From Terriglobia bacterium (GTDB lineage: Bacteria; Acidobacteriota; Terriglobia; 2-12-FULL-54-10), in contig CAXVYR010000003.1 in NCBI GenBank assembly GCA_963666975.2, forward strand, positions 256,001-320,000: 64,000 nt of DNA, written 5' to 3'. Each line of letters starts with the position of its first letter. Position 1 is the stretch's first letter. Positions 31,278 through 40,653 of the stretch are shown in pieces. The notes below the pieces were generated by a model, which was given only the letters and a program-made list of their open reading frames with translations, had not been told where the DNA came from and made no database searches. The position numbers and the translations under genes were made by a program.

Positions 31278-33517
31278 ATCGGCTGAAAGAAAGCAACCTT
31301 GACTACTACCCGGATGAGCAGGCGCGGCTCGGTATCCTTACGGAATCAGACGGAAGCATCACCAAGGTGGATGTAAACCCGAGTGTTGTGCCGTATTTGG
31401 AAGTAATCCCTATTCCGAAGGGTCCGCCTGTGGGCAGAGGAATCGCCGAATACGAGGGCGTTCGGTTTTTGCCGGCAGATGAAAATTTCTTCACCGTGCG
31501 CGTAGACCACAAGATTACCGACCGGGATAGCTTTTTCGCCCGCTATACGTTTGATGACGCTACAAGCGTTTCCGCACAAGGCCCCGTAGATTTCACGCTC
31601 TTGAACGATAGTCGCCAGCAGTACCTTACCCTGGTGGAATCCCACATTTTCAGCCCCAGCCTGTTAACTTCCTTGCGGTTTGGCTACACCCGGCCTGTGA
31701 TAGCCACCGACAATCTTTCTTCCATTGAGATTCCAAAGTCTCTGTATTATGTTCCCGACGCTCCCAATTTCGGTCGTATCCGTGTACCCGGCATGACAGG
31801 TTTCGGCCACAATGCGGTTGCCCCGAAGGCCAATACTGCAAACACGTTCCAATTCGCAGGAGACGTACTGGTGCAGAGAGGGGCACATGCGATCAAAACG
31901 GGACTGGAAGTACATCGCTACCGTTGGGACATGTCCTCCAGTTGGAATAAAGGGGGTTCTTGGGTTTTCAATAGTCTGGAGAGCTTTTTGCAAGGAGGTC
32001 CAACCGGAACTTCTTTGACCGTAGCTTTGCCTGGCTCCGATAACAGCAGGGCCTTTCGAGAAACCTTGCTGGGCTTCTATGTGCAGGATAACTACAACAT
32101 GAGGTCCAACTTACAGGTCAACATGGGGCTCCGCTACGAGTTTGCAACACTCATTCACGACACCTTGGGAAGGACCGCCTTCCTTCGCGATCCGATGCGG
32201 GATATCCAAATACAAAAGGGGCCGTTTTTGGATCACAACCCGTCGCTACGCAGTTTGGCTCCTCGTCTGGGGATCACATGGGCACCGGGCTCCGCCCGAA
32301 ACACGGTGATCAGTACCGGCTTTGGCATTTACTATGATCCATTGCTGGAATATGCTGTGGATCTGCGGAGAAATTCGGCTCCATTTTACGACGTGGTCGT
32401 CAAACAAAACTTTAATTCCGTCAATACGTTCCCTGATGCCGTGGCCGCCGCAGCGGACACGACGCCTTCTAACTTGGCACAAGTGCTGGATTATTCAAAT
32501 CTGACCATCCCAATGGTGTTACGGTACAACTTCTCGCTCCAGCATCAGTTTCCAAGCGGCTGGCGGGCTCGGGCATTCTATGTGGGCGCACGTGGCAACC
32601 ATCTGTTCCGAACTTACGAAATGAACCTGGCCCCGATTCCGGTAGTCCAGCCGGACGGGTCTTTATTCTTTTCTCCCTTCGATCCGGACGGCCCCGACAA
32701 CCGAGTGAACCCTGCTTTCGGAGCCATTACGATGCTCAGCAGTGATGCCCAGTCTTTTTACAATTCGATGCAGCTTTCTGTGAATAAAAGGTACAGCCAA
32801 GGGAACTCTATGCAGGCCAGCTACACGCTCAGTAAGTCCATTGACGATGCCTCCTCCGACTCAGGTAGGGGGGCCGTTCAGGCCACCAGTTCGAGCCAAT
32901 ACGGCTTAATGCGGACGCTGGACCGAGGCCTTTCCAACTTTGATATCCGCCACCGCTTCGTGCTCAGCTACTTTTACAGCCCTCCCTTTGGAACGGGACG
33001 GATGTGGTTGAACTCCGGTTTTCTTTCCAGCATCTTCGGAGGATGGCGCGTGGGAGGCATCATGAGGTTTCGCACTGGGACGCCGCATAGCATTGAGGTG
33101 AAGCTCAAGAAGGAGGGGTACCTGTTTGCCGCCACCCGTCCCAATCTGGTCCCGGGCCGAAGCAATAACCCAATCATTGGCGACCGCCTGAAGTATTTTG
33201 ATCCAACTGCGTTCAGTGCCCCGCCGAAGGGCACGCTGGGTAACCTTGGGCGGAACACGGTGGTAGGGCCCAGTCAGTTCAATATGGATATCTCTTTACA
33301 AAAAGAGGTCTCTATCGATAGCAAACGGCGGCTGGAATTTCGGGCGGAGATTTTCAATCTTCCCAATCACACCAACTTCAATCGGACCACGTCCAGTACA
33401 GTGATCGTCTTTACAGGTGACCCGGACAATCCTAAGGCGAGTCCCAACGCAGGAAGACTGGACCAAACATCCTCGACAGCGCGGCAAATCCAGTTCGTCC
33501 TGCGATTGTCCTTTTGA
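31278..33517 (+). pseudogene. TonB-dependent receptor, N-terminally truncated by IS3
   Basis: Begins at RLKESNLDYYPDE, equivalent to DRLTETKVDFFPDE about a third of the way into the 21900 paralog; ends RQIQFVLRLSF; plug region absent. Confidence 0.85.
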
Positions 33518-33660
33518 CCCGCATTCCCAGTTTGAATTCGTAGAAGCAACCCTCGACTAACCTCAAACATCATTGATGCGGGTTCGAGCATCAACATTGC
33601 CTTCCGGAGGTGGTGAGAGCCAAATACAGCCACTCGGAGTCACTGGCAGCAAATACTGCA

Positions 33661-33698
33661 CTGGACGGGCTCAGTTGGAGGCCAGAGAGTGTATACTC
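33661..33698 (+). promoter_or_regulatory. Module-B-like promoter upstream of TonB receptor (CAGTTGGAGGC…GTATACTC)
   Basis: Matches the reverse complement of 25262-25299, which lies upstream of the other intact receptor. Confidence 0.5.
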
Positions 33699-33749
33699 TT
33701 GACTGCTGGAGGGCCAGAAAACTCATTCCGGTTAAGCAGCAAATGCTGA

Positions 33750-36700
33750 ATGGATGAAGAAGGAGGGCTGCTTTTCATGTTGGTGCCCTATAGGCGCAAG
33801 CCAAAACCGCCCCGAACATTCTCGAAGCGATGGGTGATTTTCATTGCTGTTTTTTTATTCTTCGGATCGAGTATCCGATCCCTGGCACAGGGAGGCACAG
33901 ACTCTGATTCCAGCCAACAAGGACAGGATGATCCGAGCACAACAAGCGAGGAGAGGCAATCTTCCCGCGCCGCGACCCAGCAAATCAGCGAAGCGGAACT
34001 GGCAGGGCTTCCTCTTCAGGGTCGGAGTTATACCCAATTAGCAACACTGGAGGCTGGGGTCAGTGACAATAGCCGTGTTGACCCTTCTCGGGGTGTTGGC
34101 GTTCGGGGGGGATTGAACGTGTCCGGAGCGCGAGGCACGGCCAACGTGTTTCTGCTGGATGGGACCAACATCATGGGCATAGCGAATCGGCCCCCGCGAA
34201 GCGCGGCTGGCGTACAGTTAGGCTCGGATGCCGCTTTGCAGGTTCAAGTGTTCAGCACCAACTACTCGGCCGAATACGGTCGGGGGAGCGGCGGCGTGCT
34301 GAACTCGATTACCCGGTCCGGGACGCCGGAGTTTCACGGAACCTTTTTTGAGTTTCTGCGCAACAGCAAACTGGACGCCCGCAACTTCTTTGATCCGGGG
34401 CCATCGCCTCCTCCTTTTAAGCGCAACCAATTTGGCTTCACTCTTAGCGGACCAATCCGCCCAGAGCGGACTTTTTTTATGGCGAGTTTTGAAGCGCTTC
34501 GGGATCGTCTGACCAGTACAGATGTCAGCACCTTTCCCGATGAGGATGCACGAGTAGGGAGGATAACAGACCGTGATGGAAATGTAATGCGTACCGTGGA
34601 GGTGCACGCTAGTGTAAAACCGTACCTGGAACTTTTCCCTCTCCCCAACTTTGAACGCCTGGGAGGCGGAGTGGGAGAAAGCCGGAATCCCCGGTTCCAG
34701 CCAAGCGATGAAGAGTTTTTTGTTGTTCGGGTGGACCATCAAATTTCGGCGCGGGACAGCCTGTTTGTTCGCTATACCTTTGATGATGCTCGTTCCGTCG
34801 GCGGAGGAACTACCTATTTGTTCCAGAACCAACGGGGGAGCCGGCAGCAGTATTTCACTGTTATGGAAACTCACATTTTCAGTCCAAGTGCGATCAGTTC
34901 CTTTCGTTTCGGATATACTCGCCCTGTGGAGACGAGCGATAACATCTCCGCAATTGAGATTCCCAGAGATATGTTTTTTATCCCTGACTCCCCGGACTTT
35001 GGCCAGCTTAGTATCCCGCGAGTCAGCGGATTCGGTCATAGGGGAGGACCCTCTGGCGATGTGTTGAACACCTTTCAATTAGCTGATGATGTGATACTAC
35101 AAAGAGGGCTACACGCCATCAAGTTTGGGGTCCAAATCCAACGCACCCGCGCGGATACCTTTACGAACAGCAGCAGGGGAGGGGTGTGGTCTTTTAGCAG
35201 TCTGGAAAGCTTCCTGCGTGGAGGCCCTGAGGGGACTACTTTAACCGGCGTTTTGCCCGGCTCCGATGACAGCCAGGCCTGGAGACAGACTCTCTTTGGT
35301 TTCTATATTCAGAATGCGTATCGGGTGCGGGCGAACCTCCGGTTTGATCTCGGTCTCCGCTATCAATTCAGCACGGTCATCCACGACAAGGACGGGAAAA
35401 GCGTTTTCATAGCCGATCCGTTGCGGGACACGGAACCTTTGATTGGTCCCTACCTGGATCATAATCCTTCTCTTCGCAATATTTCTCCACGGCTGGGCAT
35501 TAGCTGGTCACCTGGGACTAGCGGGAAGACAGCCATCCGAACTGGCTTCGGAATCTATTACGATCAATTGATTCCTTATTTGACTGACCACTTGAGCACT
35601 GGGGCGCCTTTTTACAAGCGAACTGTGCGAACCAACTTTAACGCCTCAGGGAAAGAAGCGGATGGAACCTCCCTCCCTTATGCGTTCCCCGATGCCGTAG
35701 CCCCCTTGCAGGGCATGCCCTTGCAGGCTGGGGTCTTGGACCGGAATTTCAAGAACCCCATGGTGCTCCGCTACGACCTGGTGATTCAACAGGAATTGCC
35801 CGGGAGGTGGAGCAGTCAGCTCGCCTATGTGGGGGCCAGAGGCAACCGTCTGGACCGACACTACGAATTCAACTTATATCCATTCCCTGAAATCCGCTCC
35901 GATGGAACCTTGTTTTTCCCGCCGCAATGCGACCAACTCCCGTCGGACGCGCCAACTTCGGAATTGGAACTTTGCCGTCCCTATGCCGGACCGATGAACC
36001 CTGCGTTTGCAGGCGGGTTGGACTATATGGGTAGCGATGGACAATCCTTTTACAACTCGTTTCGGATTGCTGTGAATAAAAGACTCTCTTCCGGGACTTC
36101 TTTTCAATTTAGGTACACGCTCAGCAAGTCCGTAGACGACGATTCGCATCAGGAATATCCGCATATCCGAACGTCGGATCGGGCTCTTTCAGATTTTGAC
36201 GCTCGCCATCAGCTAAACTTGAATTACTTCTATAGGCTTCCTTTCGGCCGCGGCCAGCGCTGGCTGAACTCCAACCTCCTGGCGAATCTTCTCGGGGGAT
36301 GGCGAATCGGGGGAATTGTCCGCTTTCGCACCGGGACAGCTTTCTCTCCGGGCAATAACGTTCGAAGGCCTGGTTATCTATTTGAGACGGGGCGTCCCAA
36401 CTTAGGGCCTGGCCAAAGCAATACTCCTGCGGTCAAGGGAGCCACCGTTGGCTGTGGAAACGACACCATAAAGGCAGAGGAAAAGTTGGGCACGCCGGAG
36501 CGGTACTTTGATCCCTGTATCTACGCCTTTCCAGAATTTGGGACCCTGGGGAATGCCGGACGCAACACCATTACGGCACCGGGCTTATTTAATACCGATG
36601 TTTCCTTACAGCGGGAATTTCCGTTGGGCGGGGATCGGCGTTTGCAGCTTCGAATGGATGTTTTCAACTCGCTAAACCGCACCAATTTCAGCGCTCCCAG

Positions 36701-36821
36701 AGGCTCTGGTGCTTCGGTGTTCAGCGGGGATCGAGATCGTGTTAATCCCTCAGTCGGGAGAATTTCAGGAACTTCTACTACTTCCCGGCAAGTCCAGTTC
36801 GCCTTACGATTCTCGTTCTAA
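33750..36821 (+). CDS. TonB-dependent receptor (no carboxypeptidase-regulatory domain)
   Basis: LPLQGRSYTQL, RSAAGVQLGSDA, AEYGRGSGG, RNQFG, RQVQFALRFSF. Confidence 0.9.
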   Translation: MDEEGGLLFMLVPYRRKPKPPRTFSKRWVIFIAVFLFFGSSIRSLAQGGTDSDSSQQGQDDPSTTSEERQSSRAATQQISEAELAGLPLQGRSYTQLATLEAGVSDNSRVDPSRGVGVRGGLNVSGARGTANVFLLDGTNIMGIANRPPRSAAGVQLGSDAALQVQVFSTNYSAEYGRGSGGVLNSITRSGTPEFHGTFFEFLRNSKLDARNFFDPGPSPPPFKRNQFGFTLSGPIRPERTFFMASFEALRDRLTSTDVSTFPDEDARVGRITDRDGNVMRTVEVHASVKPYLELFPLPNFERLGGGVGESRNPRFQPSDEEFFVVRVDHQISARDSLFVRYTFDDARSVGGGTTYLFQNQRGSRQQYFTVMETHIFSPSAISSFRFGYTRPVETSDNISAIEIPRDMFFIPDSPDFGQLSIPRVSGFGHRGGPSGDVLNTFQLADDVILQRGLHAIKFGVQIQRTRADTFTNSSRGGVWSFSSLESFLRGGPEGTTLTGVLPGSDDSQAWRQTLFGFYIQNAYRVRANLRFDLGLRYQFSTVIHDKDGKSVFIADPLRDTEPLIGPYLDHNPSLRNISPRLGISWSPGTSGKTAIRTGFGIYYDQLIPYLTDHLSTGAPFYKRTVRTNFNASGKEADGTSLPYAFPDAVAPLQGMPLQAGVLDRNFKNPMVLRYDLVIQQELPGRWSSQLAYVGARGNRLDRHYEFNLYPFPEIRSDGTLFFPPQCDQLPSDAPTSELELCRPYAGPMNPAFAGGLDYMGSDGQSFYNSFRIAVNKRLSSGTSFQFRYTLSKSVDDDSHQEYPHIRTSDRALSDFDARHQLNLNYFYRLPFGRGQRWLNSNLLANLLGGWRIGGIVRFRTGTAFSPGNNVRRPGYLFETGRPNLGPGQSNTPAVKGATVGCGNDTIKAEEKLGTPERYFDPCIYAFPEFGTLGNAGRNTITAPGLFNTDVSLQREFPLGGDRRLQLRMDVFNSLNRTNFSAPRGSGASVFSGDRDRVNPSVGRISGTSTTSRQVQFALRFSF

Positions 36822-36828
36822 GCAAATT

Positions 36829-36851
36829 GACCAGACCGATCTTTTGTACCA
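36829..36851 (+). repeat. Downstream motif E (GACCAGACCGATCTTTTGTACCA), copy 1
   Basis: Identical 23-mer at 42548-42570; 2-mismatch copy on the minus strand at 60779-60801. Confidence 0.8.
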
Positions 36852-36917
36852 CTCGTAGTGCGAGTGTACGTCACAGTGACCGGCCCCCGGTTTTTTGAGC
36901 CAAGTTGAGAGTGAGTT

Positions 36918-37823
36918 TTGCGGCAGAATCGAGGACTTAAAGAAGGGGGATATGCCGTAAAACAGAAACGATTCAGCTTTCCAAACTTCGGAGAGCTGCT
37001 TTTGAAGGATATTGCACCATTGCATATGGAACAATTCCTGCAAGACAAGATGCGCAGTGTGTTATCTCCGAAGACAAACCGGAACTTGCTCGGGCTCCTT
37101 CAGGGCATCTTTTCACTTACGGAAGACAACGACCTGATTTCGCGATCTCCGATTCGGAACAGGCATAAGCCCGTTGTTCAACGACAAGAGAAGCCCGTAT
37201 GGACAGAGGATCAGATGAGGGGAATTATCGCTGCGGCACCACAGGTATATCGTGGATTGTTTACGTGCGTGGCGATAATCGGTGTCCGGTTGAGAGAACT
37301 GCTGGGGTTGAAGTGGAAGCACGTGGATTTTGAATCAAGGACACTCAGGATCGAGCAGAGTCTTTGGCAGGGTCAGATCGTGACGCCAAAGACCAAGAGG
37401 AGTACTCGATCGATCGCTTTTGGTGAAATCCTGTCCGGGGTTTTGACTCAACATTTGCAAAGCTCGCTGCATATCGGTCCGGACGATTTTGTGTTCTGTA
37501 AGCCGGACGGCTCTCCACCACACCCAGACGTGCTGCGAAGGGACGTGCTCTATCCAGTGCTCGACCGGCTGGGTATCCCGCGACCTGCGAGGGCAGCCGG
37601 TTTCCACACTTTCCGGCATTCGGCTGCAAGCATCATCAACGCCAAGACCGGCAACCTCAAACTGGCACAGAAGCTCCTCGGACATTCCAACCTGAGCACG
37701 ACAGCCGACATCTACACGCATACCTCGATCGAGGTTGAGCGCGAGGCGGCAGTGGCTGTGGAGCAAGCAGTTTTTGGCAGATCTGTTCCCAGTTGTTCCC
37801 AAAATCGGGAACAGGAACCGTAA
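36918..37823 (+). pseudogene. Phage/island-type tyrosine integrase, probably N-terminally truncated
   Basis: GVRLRELLGL, PKT, FHTFRH, LGHS…TADIYTH; lacks an arm-binding N-terminus; adjacent to the tRNA fragment. Confidence 0.8.
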
Positions 37824-37877
37824 TTTGGCGGTTAGTTAGAGAAGAAAATCATGAGTGCTCATCCTCGCAACCCCAAT

Positions 37878-37903
37878 AAAAAAGCCACCTTCAAGGTGGC
37901 TTT
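37878..37903 (-). terminator. Rho-independent terminator after the tRNA 3' fragment
   Basis: AAAGCCACCT-TCA-AGGTGGCTTT hairpin with a U-tract on the minus strand. Confidence 0.7.
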
Positions 37904-37917
37904 GGGAAGAATAAGCT

Positions 37918-37962
37918 TGGTTGCGGGGGTCGGATTTGAACCGACGACCTTTGGGTTATGAG
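37918..37962 (-). tRNA. 3' half of tRNA-fMet (CAT), likely an att site rather than a functional tRNA
   Basis: Minus strand reads CTCATAACCCAAAGGTCGTCGGTTCAAATCCGACCCCCGCAACCA: anticodon loop, T arm, CCA; the 5' half is absent. Confidence 0.85.
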
Positions 37963-38010
37963 TTTAACCCCTTTTGGCTAAGTTGTTCATTTTGCGGTAC
38001 GCATAGCAAC

Positions 38011-38073
38011 GTTCAGGAAGGTTCAGGAAGGTTCAGGAAGGCTCGGCAATCCTTATCGAACCCTTATCGAACC
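38011..38073. repeat. Short direct repeats next to att (putative integrase arm sites)
   Basis: GTTCAGGAAG x3 (38011-38040) and CCTTATCGAAC x2 (38051-38072). Confidence 0.65.
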
Positions 38074-38357
38074 CCAGGCCATTGCTCACTGAGCGAATTG
38101 CGGGGGCAGGTCACGCCAGCAGAGGATCTAAGTCGGGATCGTGATAGACGTTGCAAGAAAAAAGGCTCGGAAGACTTCATTTTGGCAAGAGGACACGTAC
38201 TCGCCTATGGTGAGTTGCTACGTTTTGGAGCATTTTTTCAACCTCATTCCTCCAAAGCTCAACCATTCTAACGATGCCAACATCCTGTCCCCTGACATAG
38301 GTTCCTGGATGGCTTTCGATTTGGCCATAGACGAGCCTCTTTACAGAGAGCGCTGAC

Positions 38358-38705
38358 TTATAATACAGGGCAGCGGCCCCGGCTGCGCCAACTGTTTGCG
38401 AACTCTTCGAATCGAGGATCCTCCTTAAGAAAAAGTAGTATTGGACTGTCGTTCTCAAGAGACTCATATTCAAGCTTCAAGAAGTCCTGTTCTTGCTCAA
38501 TGATTTCCTTTTCAGCTGCGTCACGCCCATCGATTTCCCAACGTTTGACCGCCGTCGCAAATGTCTCCAAAAGGACAGCAGCCCACTTATGGCAGTTGGC
38601 CATGAGATCATCAGCCAATTTCTTGCGTTGTGCGAAAACGTCATTTTCACGATCGATGTGGCGCTTCAGAATCGCGTAAAGAGTCGCAAGTCCTGGAATA
38701 TCCAT
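38358..38705 (-). CDS. Hypothetical protein (3' end possibly truncated)
   Basis: 115-aa helical, charged ORF with plausible RBS; no recognised motif. Confidence 0.45.
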   Translation of the reverse strand: MDIPGLATLYAILKRHIDRENDVFAQRKKLADDLMANCHKWAAVLLETFATAVKRWEIDGRDAAEKEIIEQEQDFLKLEYESLENDSPILLFLKEDPRFEEFANSWRSRGRCPVL

Positions 38706-39018
38706 ATATCCCTAGCTTTCCTTCTATAGGACCGTCCCTAATTGATCCACCGCAAGTTATTGATTATACAACACGCCAGAAACGCTAAAAAAGCCCAAAA
38801 CGCCGAACCAGGGTACGTAGCGGGTACGCGGAGAAATTCAGTCTGGTCCTCCAAGACGTTCTAGCTGCCCCTACGCGAAAGATCAAGGGACTCTTAACGG
38901 TGCCGAAGTCCCCCGGCGCTCCTGGGTTGGTCTGGCGGGCAGGGCAACCCTAGGCCGGAACCTCCTGCTTTTTCTGCGTGATTTCCATCGCTAAAGACTG
39001 GCAGAAGCGATGCCCAAT

Positions 39019-39432
39019 TTACATTGAGTGCCCGGCATCTCCCCTGCCAGAGATACTGTGGCCGTGCACCATTTCCATCTCCTCGATTTTTTGAAACTGC
39101 GCTTCGGTTAGGATCGGCTTCAGTAGCTCGTGCGAGCGTTCGCCGCACTGATCCTCTAGCGCAATCAGCTCTTTCTGTGCCGCCTCGATTTCCTTCGCGG
39201 GGGCATGGGCCTTTCGGAGGCTATCTCTCTTTGCACGGGCCGCGAGGGTCTTGCTTGTCATCGGGCCAAGTTCGGTAATCACCTTCTCAACCTTTAGTTG
39301 CTGCTCTGCGGTGAGCTGAAGTTCCCGTTTCACTTCGGGCGTGAAGTTGCAATCTACTAGCTCCACTTCTGTAGCAGCCTTGGCGGCGATCGCACACAGC
39401 ACAATCACAATACCTGTCAGCAGAAAACGCAT
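39019..39432 (-). CDS. Periplasmic Spy/CpxP-like (LTxxQ) helical protein
   Basis: Signal peptide, LQLTAEQQ and ILTEAQ motifs; RBS AAGGAG. Confidence 0.7.
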   Translation of the reverse strand: MRFLLTGIVIVLCAIAAKAATEVELVDCNFTPEVKRELQLTAEQQLKVEKVITELGPMTSKTLAARAKRDSLRKAHAPAKEIEAAQKELIALEDQCGERSHELLKPILTEAQFQKIEEMEMVHGHSISGRGDAGHSM

Positions 39433-39562
39433 ATTTGAACTCCTTCAGATTGGTGAGGTTCGGGCAGTTGAGAGTATATCATTTCATCGGACAAGATCAT
39501 TATCAAGCAAGAAAGTGCTTTACAAACCCCGCGTAATGATATATGATATATATATAACACTT

Positions 39563-39784
39563 ATGGGCTTTGAGCTTCTAAACTCGGCACAGGCAGCCAA
39601 TTCGGCTGGGATTTCGCTAATGACGTTGCAGCGTTGGATTGCCGCCGGCAAGCTGCGACCTCCAAAGCTGACGATTCGGAACGGAAAGGCTGTGAGGCTA
39701 TGGAACAAGGAAGCATTTCATCGGCTCAGGAAAGCCAAGGCGCTGCATTACGGCCAAGGGAAAGGAAACAGGAGGAAGCGGTGA
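39563..39784 (+). CDS. Small MerR/excisionase-like HTH protein
   Basis: SAQAANSAGISLMTLQRWIAAGKL…VRLW; its stop overlaps the recombinase ATG (TGATG). Confidence 0.7.
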   Translation: MGFELLNSAQAANSAGISLMTLQRWIAAGKLRPPKLTIRNGKAVRLWNKEAFHRLRKAKALHYGQGKGNRRKR

Positions 39785-40584
39785 TGGCTGGAAACAGACG
39801 AAAACATCCTCCTGGAGATGCTAAAGTGGCCGCCGCATCTAGCGAATACGAAATCCGTGTTGCCCTCTACTCCCGAGTCAGCACAACAAGCGGCCAAGAC
39901 CCCGAGATGCAACTTCGCGAACTGCGGGAATATTGTCAACGCCGAGGCTGGGGAATCGCGAAGGAATATGTGGATGTGGGGATTTCCGGTACAAAGGAAA
40001 AGCGACCGGAATTAGACCGTCTTTTGGCTGATGCCCACCGCCGACGATTGGATGCCGTGGTGGTCTGGCGATTCGACCGCTTTGCCCGTTCGGTTTCTCA
40101 CCTGCTGCGTGCACTGGAAACGTTCCGGGCTTTGGGCATCGAATTCGTTTCCCTCTCGGAACAGGTGGACACCTCAACCCCTACCCGTAAGATGGTGTTC
40201 ACTGTCCTGGGTGCCGTAGCAGAGCTAGAGCGCAGCCTGATTGTGGAGCGGGTCCGGGCTGGCCTCCGCAACGCCCGAGCTAAGGGCAAGCGGTTGGGCC
40301 GACCCAGAATGTTAGTGGATGTTGACAAGGTGGCCCTCCTTCGGGCGCAAGGAACATCCTGGCGGGCCATAGGGGCCATGCTTGGATTGTCACCAGGAAC
40401 CGTTTTTAGCCGGATTCGCTGTCACACATTCGCCGAGCGGCTTGATGGAAGCTCCTTCGCGGAATCGGCTACCTATCGAGTTGGATATATTTGTGAAAGA
40501 TTACACGAGGGGATAGGGGAAAGCAATTGGTGTCCGGAGCATGACCGTTGGAACAATAGAGGCAAAAAGAGATGGAACCGATAA
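39784..40584 (+). CDS. Serine recombinase (resolvase/invertase); C-terminus probably fused to non-coding sequence
   Basis: ALYSRVST, RFDRFARS, AELERSLIVERVRAG, LGRP, HTH. The tail after about 40420 runs through the shared promoter module. Confidence 0.85.
   Translation: MAGNRRKHPPGDAKVAAASSEYEIRVALYSRVSTTSGQDPEMQLRELREYCQRRGWGIAKEYVDVGISGTKEKRPELDRLLADAHRRRLDAVVVWRFDRFARSVSHLLRALETFRALGIEFVSLSEQVDTSTPTRKMVFTVLGAVAELERSLIVERVRAGLRNARAKGKRLGRPRMLVDVDKVALLRAQGTSWRAIGAMLGLSPGTVFSRIRCHTFAERLDGSSFAESATYRVGYICERLHEGIGESNWCPEHDRWNNRGKKRWNR
40498..40526 (-). promoter_or_regulatory. Shared promoter copy 3 (TTGCTT-N17-TAATCT), divergent from paralog 2
   Basis: AGATTACACGAGGGGATAGGGGAAAGCAA on the + strand. 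Confidence 0.5.
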
Positions 40585-40653
40585 CGAGGAAGCGTATACT
40601 TTGTGCTCGGAGCTTCGGGATTAACCTGCGAACATGAGCTGAGGGGGTAAATC

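Noticed and set aside
37918-37962. Functional tRNA-Met
   Set aside because: The D arm and the 5' acceptor strand are missing.
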